Source of the DNA: Fimbriimonadia bacterium
GTDB taxonomy: Bacteria; Armatimonadota; Fimbriimonadia; Fimbriimonadales; JABRVX01
Assembly: GCA_041483895.1 (NCBI GenBank)
Contig: JBGPGO010000002.1
Span: forward strand, 192,001 to 256,000
Direction of reading: 5' to 3'
DNA length: 64,000 nt
Notes under the pieces: generated by a model
Seen by the model: only the letters and a program-made list of their open reading frames with translations
Told to the model about the DNA's origin: nothing
Databases searched by the model: none
Made by a program: the position numbers and the translations under genes
Shown: in pieces, positions 55,332 through 64,000 of the stretch
Layout of the letters: each line of letters opens with the position of its first letter
Position numbering within the stretch: position 1 is the first letter of the stretch

Positions 55332-58300
55332 ATGCGCACTCTCGTCACGATTCTCGTCCTCGTCCTCGCAGCCGTCGCTTTCCCTCAGCAAGCCGGAATC
55401 AAGTGTGGCAGACAGCCCGCGCTTTCGCCGGATGGCAAGACCATCTGCTTTACCTATTTCGGCGACCTGTGGACGGTCGATGCCGGCGGAGGGCGGGCGG
55501 AGCGTCTCACCGCCCATCCCGCGCACGATCGGAATCCACGATACTCTCCGAATGGGCGATGGATCGCCTTCGAAAGCAACCGCACAGCCGACTACAACAT
55601 ATGGGTAATGCCCGCCGCGGGTGGTCCCGCCCGGCAGATCACGTACCATTCTGATGACGAGAGCCTCTTTGATTGGTTGGATGACAACACGCTGATCTTC
55701 GCCTCCGGTCGAGACACGCGCATGCCGCAGCTCTATACAATCGACGTGAACTCGCTCACGACGCACCGGCTCACGAACGATACCGATGCCCTCCGCACCG
55801 CCGCCGCCTATCCCGACCGCACCAAGATCCTCATTGTGCGTGGCCCGCAGCGGTGGTGGAGGCCAAAGTACAAAGGCGCCGCAAACGGCGACATCTATCT
55901 CATGTCCGCAGATGGCAAAACAGCCAAGCGCCTCACAGACTACAAGGGCTTTGACGAATGGCCGATGTGCGGCAGCGACGGGAGGGCCATCTACTTCGTC
56001 TCCGGGAGAGCCGGGGCGGACACACCGGAACTCACGACGAACATTTGGCGCACGGACCCGAATGGATCCGCGCCAAGTCAGGTGACTCACTTCAAGGACG
56101 ACTTCGTGACGTGGCCAAGCATCTCCCGAGACGGAAAGCGAATCGCCTTCGAGCATGAAGCGGATATCTATGTCATCGACCTGCCCAACGGAACGCCGCG
56201 AAAACTAACAATATCGGCTCCTAGCGACGACACATTCGATGGCAAGGTCGCTCAAACATATAGTTCCGAGGTGACCGCCTATGCGATCACGCCAGACGGC
56301 GCACGAGTCGCGTTTGTCGTTGCGGGAGACATATTTTGGGTGGAGGCGAAGCGCGGAGGTGACGCGAAACGCGTGACCGACAGCCCGGCCAATGACCAAG
56401 AGCCCGCATGGTCGCCGGATGGCAAAAAGATCGCCTTCATCAGCAACCGAAAGCTGACTCCCGACGACTTCGGGAGCTACAAGGTTTATGCGGCCGATGT
56501 GGAGACCGGTGAAACGCGGCGCATGACCCAGACCACGGATAGGGAGTATTCGCCAACGTTTTCGCCCGACGGGAAATGGCTTGCGTTCCGCAGGGGCGTC
56601 GGAGGCGCCCGATTGGTCGTGATGCCCGCGGAAGGCGGCAACGAGCGCGTGGTCGTTTCGGCTCTATATCTGGACAACGTCACTTGGTCCCCCGACAGCA
56701 AATGGCTCGCCTACTCTGCGGACGATCTGCAAGCGAGCCGGAACGTGTGGCTCGTTCCATTGGATGGCAGTTCCGTACCCCAGAATGTGACGAAATACTT
56801 CGGCTGGAACAACGCGATGCAGTTCAGCGCGGACGGAAAGTTCCTCTTCTTCGAGTCCGGGCGCAGCGGCTCCGGACAGATCTACGCGCTGCCAATGGCG
56901 CCGGAACCGGATCCGGACGATTTGCCCGTCGAAACCGAGGAGCAGACGAACAAGCCGGTTGAAAGTACTCCCTCCGTCAATCCGGATTTCACGCGGATCG
57001 AGGAGCGCGCCCGCCAGCTCACGTCAATGCCAAGCGCGGTCGGCTCTTACGCCGTTATGCCCGATGGCAAGTCCATTGTGTTCCAGTGGGCGGACGACAG
57101 ATCGAGCGACCTTTACAGTGTTCCCGTGCGTGGTGGCGAGGCCAAGCGCCTGACGACCGGCAACGAGCGCCCAGGTAGCCTCATCTTCCAAAAAGACGGC
57201 AAGAAGCTGTGGTTTCTTGGCCCGAACGGCGCCATCCACAGTATCGGCAAAGAGGGAGGCGCTTCGCAAACGTTGAGTTTCTCCGCGTACCTCACCTACA
57301 GCAAGCGCGACCAATTGAACGAGTTGTTCGACGAGGCGTGGGTGACGATGGGTTCGGAATTCTATGACGAGAAGATGCACGGGCTTGACTGGCTCGCGAT
57401 ACGCAAGAAGTATCGGCCTCTGCTCGAGAATATCGCGATGAAGGAGGATTTCTATGACCTCTTCTACCGCATTCTAGGCGAGCTCAAGTCGAGCCACACA
57501 GGGATATATGCAGCGGATAGGAAGGTGCGCGCTACAGCGAGTCTGGGCGTTACGTTCGATGAAACATATACCGGCCCCGGCGTGCGAATCGCGGAAGTGA
57601 TCCGGAGGGGTCCCGCCGAGCGCCCGGAAAGCAAACTATCGCCGGGAGAAGTGATCCTGTCCATTGATGGCCAGCCGGTCGAGCCGAACGAGCGCATGTG
57701 GGAGCCGCTCGCGGACAAGGCCGGGAAGAGGGTCACGCTGCGAGTTAGCGGGCAGGACGGCGAGCGGACCGTGAAGCTGCGGGCCATTGGCAATCTCGGC
57801 CACTTGCTTTATGACAACTGGGTTGACGACAATGCCAAGAAGGTGGCCGAGTGGTCCGGAGGAAAGGTCGGGTATTTGCACATCGAGGGCATGGGACAGG
57901 AAGCCTTCGCGAAGATGCAGCGTTGGATGTTCGGGCCATGGGTCCAGGGAAAAGAATCACTGATCATGGACATTCGATACAACGGCGGCGGCTGGCTGCA
58001 CGACGACATCTACGCCGTACTCGCGCGAAAACAGCACGCGTGGGAAGCTGGGAGGGGTTCGCCTCGCCGAACGATGCCGTACCAGGTATGGGGGAAACCT
58101 ATCTTGATGATGATCAACCAGTTCTCCGGTTCGGATGCGGAGATCGTGCCGTCCGGTTTTCGATATCTCGGCTTCGGCAAAGTGCTTGGCATGCCGACGT
58201 ATGGCGGGGTGATCGGCACATACGACATTCGGCTCGTGGACGGCTCGACCGCCTTCCGGCTGCCCGTCGCCGGCTGGTGGGACATGACCGGCCAGGACCT

Positions 58301-58412
58301 TGAGAACTACGGCGTACCGCCGGACATTACCGTGGACAATTCATTCGAGGACTCGGCGCAGGGCTACGACCGTCAGTTGCATGAGGCGGTAAAGCAGTTG
58401 ATGAAGAAATAG
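55332..58412 (+). CDS. Tricorn-like S41 peptidase (PD40 propellers + PDZ + S41)
   Basis: 'P.LSPDG' repeats, 'EL.SSH.G', 'GY.HI..M', 'D.RYNGGG', 'SGSDAE', 'ENYGV.PDI'. Confidence 0.92.
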   Translation: MRTLVTILVLVLAAVAFPQQAGIKCGRQPALSPDGKTICFTYFGDLWTVDAGGGRAERLTAHPAHDRNPRYSPNGRWIAFESNRTADYNIWVMPAAGGPARQITYHSDDESLFDWLDDNTLIFASGRDTRMPQLYTIDVNSLTTHRLTNDTDALRTAAAYPDRTKILIVRGPQRWWRPKYKGAANGDIYLMSADGKTAKRLTDYKGFDEWPMCGSDGRAIYFVSGRAGADTPELTTNIWRTDPNGSAPSQVTHFKDDFVTWPSISRDGKRIAFEHEADIYVIDLPNGTPRKLTISAPSDDTFDGKVAQTYSSEVTAYAITPDGARVAFVVAGDIFWVEAKRGGDAKRVTDSPANDQEPAWSPDGKKIAFISNRKLTPDDFGSYKVYAADVETGETRRMTQTTDREYSPTFSPDGKWLAFRRGVGGARLVVMPAEGGNERVVVSALYLDNVTWSPDSKWLAYSADDLQASRNVWLVPLDGSSVPQNVTKYFGWNNAMQFSADGKFLFFESGRSGSGQIYALPMAPEPDPDDLPVETEEQTNKPVESTPSVNPDFTRIEERARQLTSMPSAVGSYAVMPDGKSIVFQWADDRSSDLYSVPVRGGEAKRLTTGNERPGSLIFQKDGKKLWFLGPNGAIHSIGKEGGASQTLSFSAYLTYSKRDQLNELFDEAWVTMGSEFYDEKMHGLDWLAIRKKYRPLLENIAMKEDFYDLFYRILGELKSSHTGIYAADRKVRATASLGVTFDETYTGPGVRIAEVIRRGPAERPESKLSPGEVILSIDGQPVEPNERMWEPLADKAGKRVTLRVSGQDGERTVKLRAIGNLGHLLYDNWVDDNAKKVAEWSGGKVGYLHIEGMGQEAFAKMQRWMFGPWVQGKESLIMDIRYNGGGWLHDDIYAVLARKQHAWEAGRGSPRRTMPYQVWGKPILMMINQFSGSDAEIVPSGFRYLGFGKVLGMPTYGGVIGTYDIRLVDGSTAFRLPVAGWWDMTGQDLENYGVPPDITVDNSFEDSAQGYDRQLHEAVKQLMKK

Positions 58413-58504
58413 ATGCCTGTCGTCTTATGCCGCTTCGGAACCCGATAACACAGGCTAATCGTGTCTGGTCGTGCTATCGATAGTGGACATTTCCAATACC
58501 ATGC

Positions 58505-58725
58505 CGTGCGGATCCCAAACCGGCGCGCGGCCTCCCTTTGACTAAGGCCGTCTACAAACACGGCACGCCGAACCTCTGCATACAGTTCCAATGTGTACAT
58601 CGTTTCGCCTCCCAAAGCTTTCGATTCTTAGGAAGTTTGGAAGAGCCGTCAGGCAGGTACAGTTTTCAACCGGCGGATCGGGAGCGTTGGGATGTGGCAT
58701 GGTTGTTAGCGATCCATCCTCGACA
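58505..58725 (-). mobile_element. IS21-family remnant (left end plus first ~30 codons of istA)
   Basis: 'MYTLELYAEVRRAVFVDGLSQREAARRFG' from 58600 with GGAGG SD; TG-initial end at about 58725 and an IS21-like subterminal motif CGGTTGAAAACTGTACC. Confidence 0.7.
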
Positions 58726-58726
58726 A

Positions 58727-61360
58727 TCAGTGCCTGAGCACTCGCGTTTCGCCCAACTTCATCGGCAGGCTGATGTGCGGACCCGAGCCGACCCGTTTGC
58801 CGGTCATGGCATCGGTGACCTGTCCCACGCGGCCGGTGTCAAGGACGACCGTGCCGCCTTGCGATGCGTGCAGCGCGATGATCGGGCCGTTCGCGTAGAC
58901 GTTGCAGTCCTCTTGGGTGTAAAGGTGGACGCCGGATTTCCTGGCTATGACCCGCAGCAGCTCCGATGTCAGTCCGGGTGCGCCGACGAAGAGCGACCAT
59001 CCGTTATGCACCTTTCGGAGTGCGACGGCCGCCGATCCATCCGGGTAGGTCGCCAACGTCTCCGCGCGGGTGGCGTCCGCCGCCGCGAAGAGCGGTCTCA
59101 CGCTCTCTTGGACACCGAATCCGGACCGCAATCCGAGCCGCTTGCCCGCATCCGTCGGAACAGCCCAGGACTTTTCGGGCGTAACCGGCACGAGTCGGAA
59201 CCCTGTCAGTTCTTGCATCGCCCCGAGTGAGGCGCGGTCTCCGTCGAAGCGTCCGGGCGCGTAGCACCAGACCCGTCCAGCCCCTTGCGTGTGGACCAGA
59301 ATCGCTGCGCGCTGGGCCGCGGTCAGCCTCCATGCGTTCAGGAAGACGAACACGCGTGCTTTGACGCGGCCTCGCGAGACGTCGTCCAGCAGATACTGGC
59401 CGTAGGGAGCGCCCATCCGTCCGAGCGGTTTACGAACCTTGTAGATTCCCGGGTCCGTCACCCGCCAGCCTTCTCGCGCCACACCCAGCATCGAGCGCTC
59501 ATCGATGACGGCGGCAACCTCCGGCCGGAACGGGATCGAGCGCTCGATGAACGGCCGGTCGGTGTTCTCCAGACGCCGCATTTCCGCCCACATTTTGGGA
59601 TCGTTGAACCAACCCGTCCTCCCCAAGTCCATCCACCACGTTGCGAAGTTGCGCGTCGCCTCTTCGGCCACGTTGCGCACGAGCATCGAGTAAGTCTCCC
59701 ACGGGGTCTTGGCCCCGTCAAACTCGCCGGGAAAGGAGCCCGTGCCCAGGTGAGTCCGCGTATCGTCCTCACAAAGCCACATCTTTCCCGCAAGCGCGAC
59801 ACTTTCGGCGGCCGTCATGGTCGGCGCACTTCCTCCGATGCCTCGGTCGAAGTAAGAGATCGGTGAGCATAGCAAGTCGATGTCCGGGCAGTCCAGGATG
59901 CGACGCAGCGCGTAGTGGCCGCAGGTTGCGGGTCCTAGCTGGATCGGGCCGAACTCGAAGACGTAGCCATAGAAAAACGTGACCAGTTTTCGCCCGTGCG
60001 AGGCTAGGCGAACCGCATGGGCGAGGTCGCAAACCAGATCGGCCATCGCCTGCTGCTGGAAGTCGGCGAAGTCGATCAGATCGCGCTCGGTCACCGGGTC
60101 GTGGAGGATGCCGGAGGGCGAGGCGCGCCGCTTCTTCGGAGTGGGAACCTCGACCGAGTCGATGGAGGCGGAAGGATCGTGCCAGGACGCCTGGAGCGAG
60201 GCATCGTTGCGGTACCGTTCGCGCAGCCACGCTCGCCACGCCGCTCGATCAGCCGGAGCGTATCCGTTGAGCAGGCTCTCCCAGGTGTTCTGGTAGAACC
60301 ACTCGCCGGTGTTCTGGCCGACGGGGTGGTACCCGGCGACGTGATCTCCGAACTTGGCTTCAAGATGCGCCACGAGCGCCCCCACTCGCTCCGCCGCCTC
60401 GCGCCGATAGAGCGGAGACGCCACCACCGCCGTATGGCCCCGCGAGCCGTCTTCCCACGCCATCATGTCGTCCGGGTGCGCCTTCTTCCACCACTCGGGC
60501 GGGTCGACCCCGAAGCGCGGAAGCAGCAGAGCCTTCGGGTTTGCGCGCAACACCTCCTCGCACGCTGCGTCGACCGGCCACCAGTCCACGTTCTCACCTG
60601 GCGCAGGCCATGGCGATGCGATAGGGATGCTCACGAAGTTGACGCCGGCCGCCGCGGCCAGTCGAATCTGCATCTCGAATGCACCAGGCGGTCCGCCGAG
60701 GTAGGTGAATGGGGCGCCGGGGCGATAGAGCCGGACCATTACATCCCGTGCCGGATCGGCTCGCATCCAGAATGCGACACGGTAACGCCGGCCCCGCACG
60801 AAGGTTAGGTTGGCTTGATGGTAGATGTGAAAGTCGGGCCAGTTGCCGCCAGGCGGCGCCTTGAGGCGGACGTGAAGACCGCCGGTACCGTTCGCGCCGA
60901 CTTTCGGCTCGATCGAGACACTGCCAACCGTGTTTTGGGGTGTCGGCGGCCAGTATGCCCAGTCGCGCGTGAACTCCTCCTGTCCTCCGCTGAACTTGGC
61001 CGGCGACATGACCTCGGCGCCTGAAGCCACCTCCACGATCCGGATGTTGTCTAGAAACAGGTCTCCGGGTGTGTCCCCAAACCGGAAGTGGATCGTGCCG
61101 CATCGCTGGGCGTCGTCCTGGGCCTCAAACTCGAAGGAGAACTGCGTTGCGGCGGATTCGACTTGGATAGACCCCCCGGATGTCGGTCCCCCCATAAACA
61201 TGCGGGCTCGGACCGGCTTCCCGTTCACAACCAGACACGGCGCTCCCGACCGGGAATCGACCCGAACCGTCAGCCTCTTCTGCGGCTCGTTGCCCCCCAA
61301 CGGGGTTAACGCCAAAGCCGCGAGAGCCACACTCAGGCCGAACTTCCCAATGTTGCGCAC
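58727..61360 (-). CDS. Secreted glycoside hydrolase (GH42/beta-galactosidase-like TIM barrel with CBM-like inserts)
   Basis: GGAG + GTG start; signal peptide; 'GQNTGEWFY', 'CSPISY', 'EDDTRT', 'WWMDL'. Family assignment tentative. Confidence 0.7.
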   Translation of the reverse strand: MRNIGKFGLSVALAALALTPLGGNEPQKRLTVRVDSRSGAPCLVVNGKPVRARMFMGGPTSGGSIQVESAATQFSFEFEAQDDAQRCGTIHFRFGDTPGDLFLDNIRIVEVASGAEVMSPAKFSGGQEEFTRDWAYWPPTPQNTVGSVSIEPKVGANGTGGLHVRLKAPPGGNWPDFHIYHQANLTFVRGRRYRVAFWMRADPARDVMVRLYRPGAPFTYLGGPPGAFEMQIRLAAAAGVNFVSIPIASPWPAPGENVDWWPVDAACEEVLRANPKALLLPRFGVDPPEWWKKAHPDDMMAWEDGSRGHTAVVASPLYRREAAERVGALVAHLEAKFGDHVAGYHPVGQNTGEWFYQNTWESLLNGYAPADRAAWRAWLRERYRNDASLQASWHDPSASIDSVEVPTPKKRRASPSGILHDPVTERDLIDFADFQQQAMADLVCDLAHAVRLASHGRKLVTFFYGYVFEFGPIQLGPATCGHYALRRILDCPDIDLLCSPISYFDRGIGGSAPTMTAAESVALAGKMWLCEDDTRTHLGTGSFPGEFDGAKTPWETYSMLVRNVAEEATRNFATWWMDLGRTGWFNDPKMWAEMRRLENTDRPFIERSIPFRPEVAAVIDERSMLGVAREGWRVTDPGIYKVRKPLGRMGAPYGQYLLDDVSRGRVKARVFVFLNAWRLTAAQRAAILVHTQGAGRVWCYAPGRFDGDRASLGAMQELTGFRLVPVTPEKSWAVPTDAGKRLGLRSGFGVQESVRPLFAAADATRAETLATYPDGSAAVALRKVHNGWSLFVGAPGLTSELLRVIARKSGVHLYTQEDCNVYANGPIIALHASQGGTVVLDTGRVGQVTDAMTGKRVGSGPHISLPMKLGETRVLRH

Positions 61361-61882
61361 TTTGTTTCTCCATTTCGTCCGCTTTTGGCCGTATCCGCCA
61401 AATCCTGATAGCGGGGGGCCGTCCTCTTGAACGCGGGGCGAGACCGTGCGCTCTGGGCCGCCATTCTGACCGTAACGCAAAGGTCGCCCAGGCCGAGATC
61501 TGCAACGATTCCTATGGTGTCGATAATGGCGATTTTCGATACCCACAAATCGCAACGAGCGAATCGCCCAAACACCAGATTATCGACTTCCCAGCGGAGT
61601 ATAGCCTTTCTTCGAGGACCTCATCCTCGCCAATAAGATGCCGACTTCTCCTGCGAACACTGTCAAACGGACGAAAGCAATCCGCTCAAATCAGTGAACT
61701 GACGGCGTTCTTGGCAATCGGACCCAGCTGTCCGCGCATTAGTGACGAACTACGAGAGCAACCGTCTGACGCAAAGCGAGAGGCGATAAGCCTCCTACGA
61801 GATCGAGCCAAAGATTGCGACTACGACCCGATCAACCCTCCGACCGGATGTAAGCTCTTGGTCCGTCCAGGTGGCTGCATTT

Positions 61883-63565
61883 CTATCCGCCCTTCACACG
61901 TGAGCTGATCGGGCGAGGAACGAAACCCTTGACGGCGACACACTGGGAGAACTCAGAAGTCGAGCCGTTTGCCACGTTGGTGGCTGTCGAGGTCACGGAC
62001 CAGCCCTTCGGTACGATCACGGGCAAGGTCACATCAAACGCCGCGTCGCCACTCGAGTTCGTGGCGACCGTCGTGGAGCCGAGGAAGTACTGCCCTTCGC
62101 CGAATCCGGAAGCATCGCACTGGGGTGAGGCGAAGAACTCGATCGTGAAGGTGGACGAGGGGCTGCTGTTGAGCGTCCCCACGATGTGAAGCGTGTTGCC
62201 TTCGCGGGTGGCAGACTGGAGCACCGGGAAGTTCTGCAAACCGTTGCCGCCGGTGTCGGGGTCGAGCGGGTCGTTGGTTGTCACTCCGGTCAGAAAACCA
62301 CTATTGATCAAGTCGATCCCCAAGCCGCCGTTGTCGTGGATCGAGTTGCCCGAGATGCGAACCCCGGAAAACGTGTTGGCCACACTGATGCCCGTGCCCA
62401 GATGCCCCGCGATCTCGTTGCCTTCTCCCGGCGCCGAGCCACCGATGACGACGTTCTGAACGGGTCCAAGGTAGTAGTTGGCTGTCGCGATGCCCGTGAC
62501 GCTGCCAAGCACCGGTTCGTTGTTGGCGTTCAACCCGATCGCATTGCCCAAGATCGATATCCCGCTTCCCGTTCCGTAGATACTGATAGCCGTTCCAAGC
62601 ACGCCGGGGTACGGACCGATTCTATGCCCGAGGATCCCCGCGATCCGGTTGTTGCGAATGAGCGTGTCGTGATTCTCGCCTTCGAAGTAGATCCCTGCGG
62701 TGGTTGCGAGATGGCCTTGTTGCAGGCCGTCGGGAGTTGTTCCGATCAAGTTATTCTCGACTACCGTGCCAATCGCATCGAAAATCTGGACCGCGAAGCC
62801 GCTGGGCCACCCCTGGCTGTTCCAGGTGCCCAGGCCGGTGATGGTGTTGCGTTCGGCCGGGGTCGGACCGCCGATCCGGTTGTTCGTGGCCGGCTGTCCG
62901 CCGCCGACCCACCCGAGGACGCGTACGCGCTGGACCGTGTTGCCTACGACGACGTTGTTGCTCGCGCGGTCGATTTGGATGAATCCGCCCGTGTTGCCCT
63001 CGCCGGGATTTGTGCCACCGATCAGGTTGGACGCAGAGTCGAAGACCTCGATGCCGGACTTGGTGTTGGCCCGGATCACGTTGTTCGATCCACCGCTGAG
63101 ATGGATGCTGGAGTTGTCGAAGCCAAACATCGCGCCGCCCACATTGTCGATGAGGTACGTCTCAGCCCAAATCACGACCTCGCCACCGCCCTCGGGGTTC
63201 GTCTCTCCTGTGAAAGCCGTTTGAGTCGTGGCGTCGAGGATCGCCGTGTCGAAAACACGGAAACCCAGAAACGGCTTCAGCACCGCGCGTCCGGGGAAAA
63301 GCCACTGATACTGCCATTCGCTCTGCGGGATGTTGAACCCGATGGTCTGCACTCCTGGGGTGTTGTCGGAGGCCAGCCCGGCTTCGGGCAGCGAGACCAG
63401 GCCATCCGGTCCGGGCAGATCCGCGACCCGCTGGGCGCCGCCGAAGTCGACAACATCATTGGAAGTGTTGACGATGATCGTCTGAGCGCCGACGGCTCGG
63501 ATCATCCCGGTTAGCACGAAAAGCGCAACGGCATGCCAAATGAACTGCATGTTGATGTTTTTCAT
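61883..63565 (-). CDS. Secreted parallel beta-helix (pectin-lyase-like/CSLREA-type) surface protein
   Basis: 'VNT..D', 'N.IGG....N.I' repeats, 'GNSI..NGGLGIDL', 'QNFPVL', 'TSEFS'; GGAGG SD. Confidence 0.8.
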   Translation of the reverse strand: MKNINMQFIWHAVALFVLTGMIRAVGAQTIIVNTSNDVVDFGGAQRVADLPGPDGLVSLPEAGLASDNTPGVQTIGFNIPQSEWQYQWLFPGRAVLKPFLGFRVFDTAILDATTQTAFTGETNPEGGGEVVIWAETYLIDNVGGAMFGFDNSSIHLSGGSNNVIRANTKSGIEVFDSASNLIGGTNPGEGNTGGFIQIDRASNNVVVGNTVQRVRVLGWVGGGQPATNNRIGGPTPAERNTITGLGTWNSQGWPSGFAVQIFDAIGTVVENNLIGTTPDGLQQGHLATTAGIYFEGENHDTLIRNNRIAGILGHRIGPYPGVLGTAISIYGTGSGISILGNAIGLNANNEPVLGSVTGIATANYYLGPVQNVVIGGSAPGEGNEIAGHLGTGISVANTFSGVRISGNSIHDNGGLGIDLINSGFLTGVTTNDPLDPDTGGNGLQNFPVLQSATREGNTLHIVGTLNSSPSSTFTIEFFASPQCDASGFGEGQYFLGSTTVATNSSGDAAFDVTLPVIVPKGWSVTSTATNVANGSTSEFSQCVAVKGFVPRPISSRVKGG

Positions 63566-63754
63566 CAGATTCCTTCCTCCTCGGTGTCCATGGACCCGCT
63601 GCAGAAGGTACATGCTGCACGCGCAAGCGCCGTGCATCAAGCGGCCCTTGCCTCGCCTGGCTGGCAGTGTACGTACGGAAATTGCCAACTGCTCTGCTTT
63701 GCCGCTCGGCCGGACGACGCCAGGGCGCGTATGTGCGAAATGATACACGCAACT

Positions 63755-63800
63755 TCACTTGCTGACATGTCGGTATTTCTAACGACATGTCAGCAAGTGA
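63755..63800. promoter_or_regulatory. 18-bp perfect inverted repeat (operator or terminator candidate)
   Basis: TCACTTGCTGACATGTCG-N10-CGACATGTCAGCAAGTGA. Confidence 0.55.
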
Positions 63801-63905
63801 GCGTATTCAATTCTATCTAACTCTCATCAACCACGTGTACAGGGACCCAACAGGCGGGGGACGCAAGGTGTCCAGACAAGCTCTCCACCGTCGGCCGACC
63901 TGAGA

Positions 63906-64000
63906 TCACCGCTCGACGATGGCCACTCCCAGTACCTTCTCGGCGACGAAGACCGCGACCGCTTTGTCGTCCGTGTCCGTCAAGAGCCAGACGTGGCCCG
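63906..64000 (-). CDS. 3' end of a gene entering from beyond the window
   Basis: '...GHVWLLTDTDDKAVAVFVAEKVLGVAIVER*' with coding-like codons. Confidence 0.5.
   Translation of the reverse strand, partial: GHVWLLTDTDDKAVAVFVAEKVLGVAIVER

Noticed and set aside
61755..61810. c-di-GMP-I riboswitch-like word GACGCAAAGC
   Set aside because: The preceding GNRA-capped stem and the downstream receptor stem are missing, and no gene follows on that strand.
18169..63514. Long antisense or alternate-frame ORFs (e.g. 18169-19263+, 20277-21581-, 29861-30871-, 62186-63514+)
   Set aside because: These are shadow ORFs of well-supported genes in GC-rich DNA and show no recognisable motifs.
55189..63896. 14-bp match CTCCACCGTCGGCC in two intergenic regions
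   Set aside because: A match of this length is expected by chance in 64 kb of GC-rich DNA.

Overview
GC-rich bacterial chromosomal window. The gene mix suggests Armatimonadota (Fimbriimonadia-like), by inference only: several PEP-CTERM proteins, a prepilin/H-X9-DG protein, dockerin-like C-terminal modules and an N-terminal-LuxR/PAS regulator. It holds about 55 CDSs covering housekeeping and metabolism (prfA, moaD/moaE, ferredoxin-NADP reductase, cysteine synthase-like enzyme plus rhodanese, NDH-2, PLP enzymes), signalling (two class III cyclases, one fused to a STAND ATPase and TPRs) and many secreted, surface or protease proteins. I found no rRNA, complete tRNA, CRISPR array or intact transposase. 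Most notable observations: (1) a 105-bp-period array of palindromic REP-like elements inserted in frame into moaE; (2) two genes that appear to start at an ATA codon overlapping the upstream TAG stop (ATAG coupling); (3) a -10-like TAnnnT box 6-8 nt before the start codon of about 13 genes, suggesting widespread leaderless mRNAs; (4) a duplicated PEP-CTERM + copper-radical-oxidase cassette whose coding copies are diverged and partly decayed but share an identical 41-bp promoter with a G7 tract in its spacer; (5) truncated gene remnants beside most PEP-CTERM genes; (6) an M1 pseudo-peptidase and an atypical cyclase. All product calls come from motif recognition by eye, not database searches.
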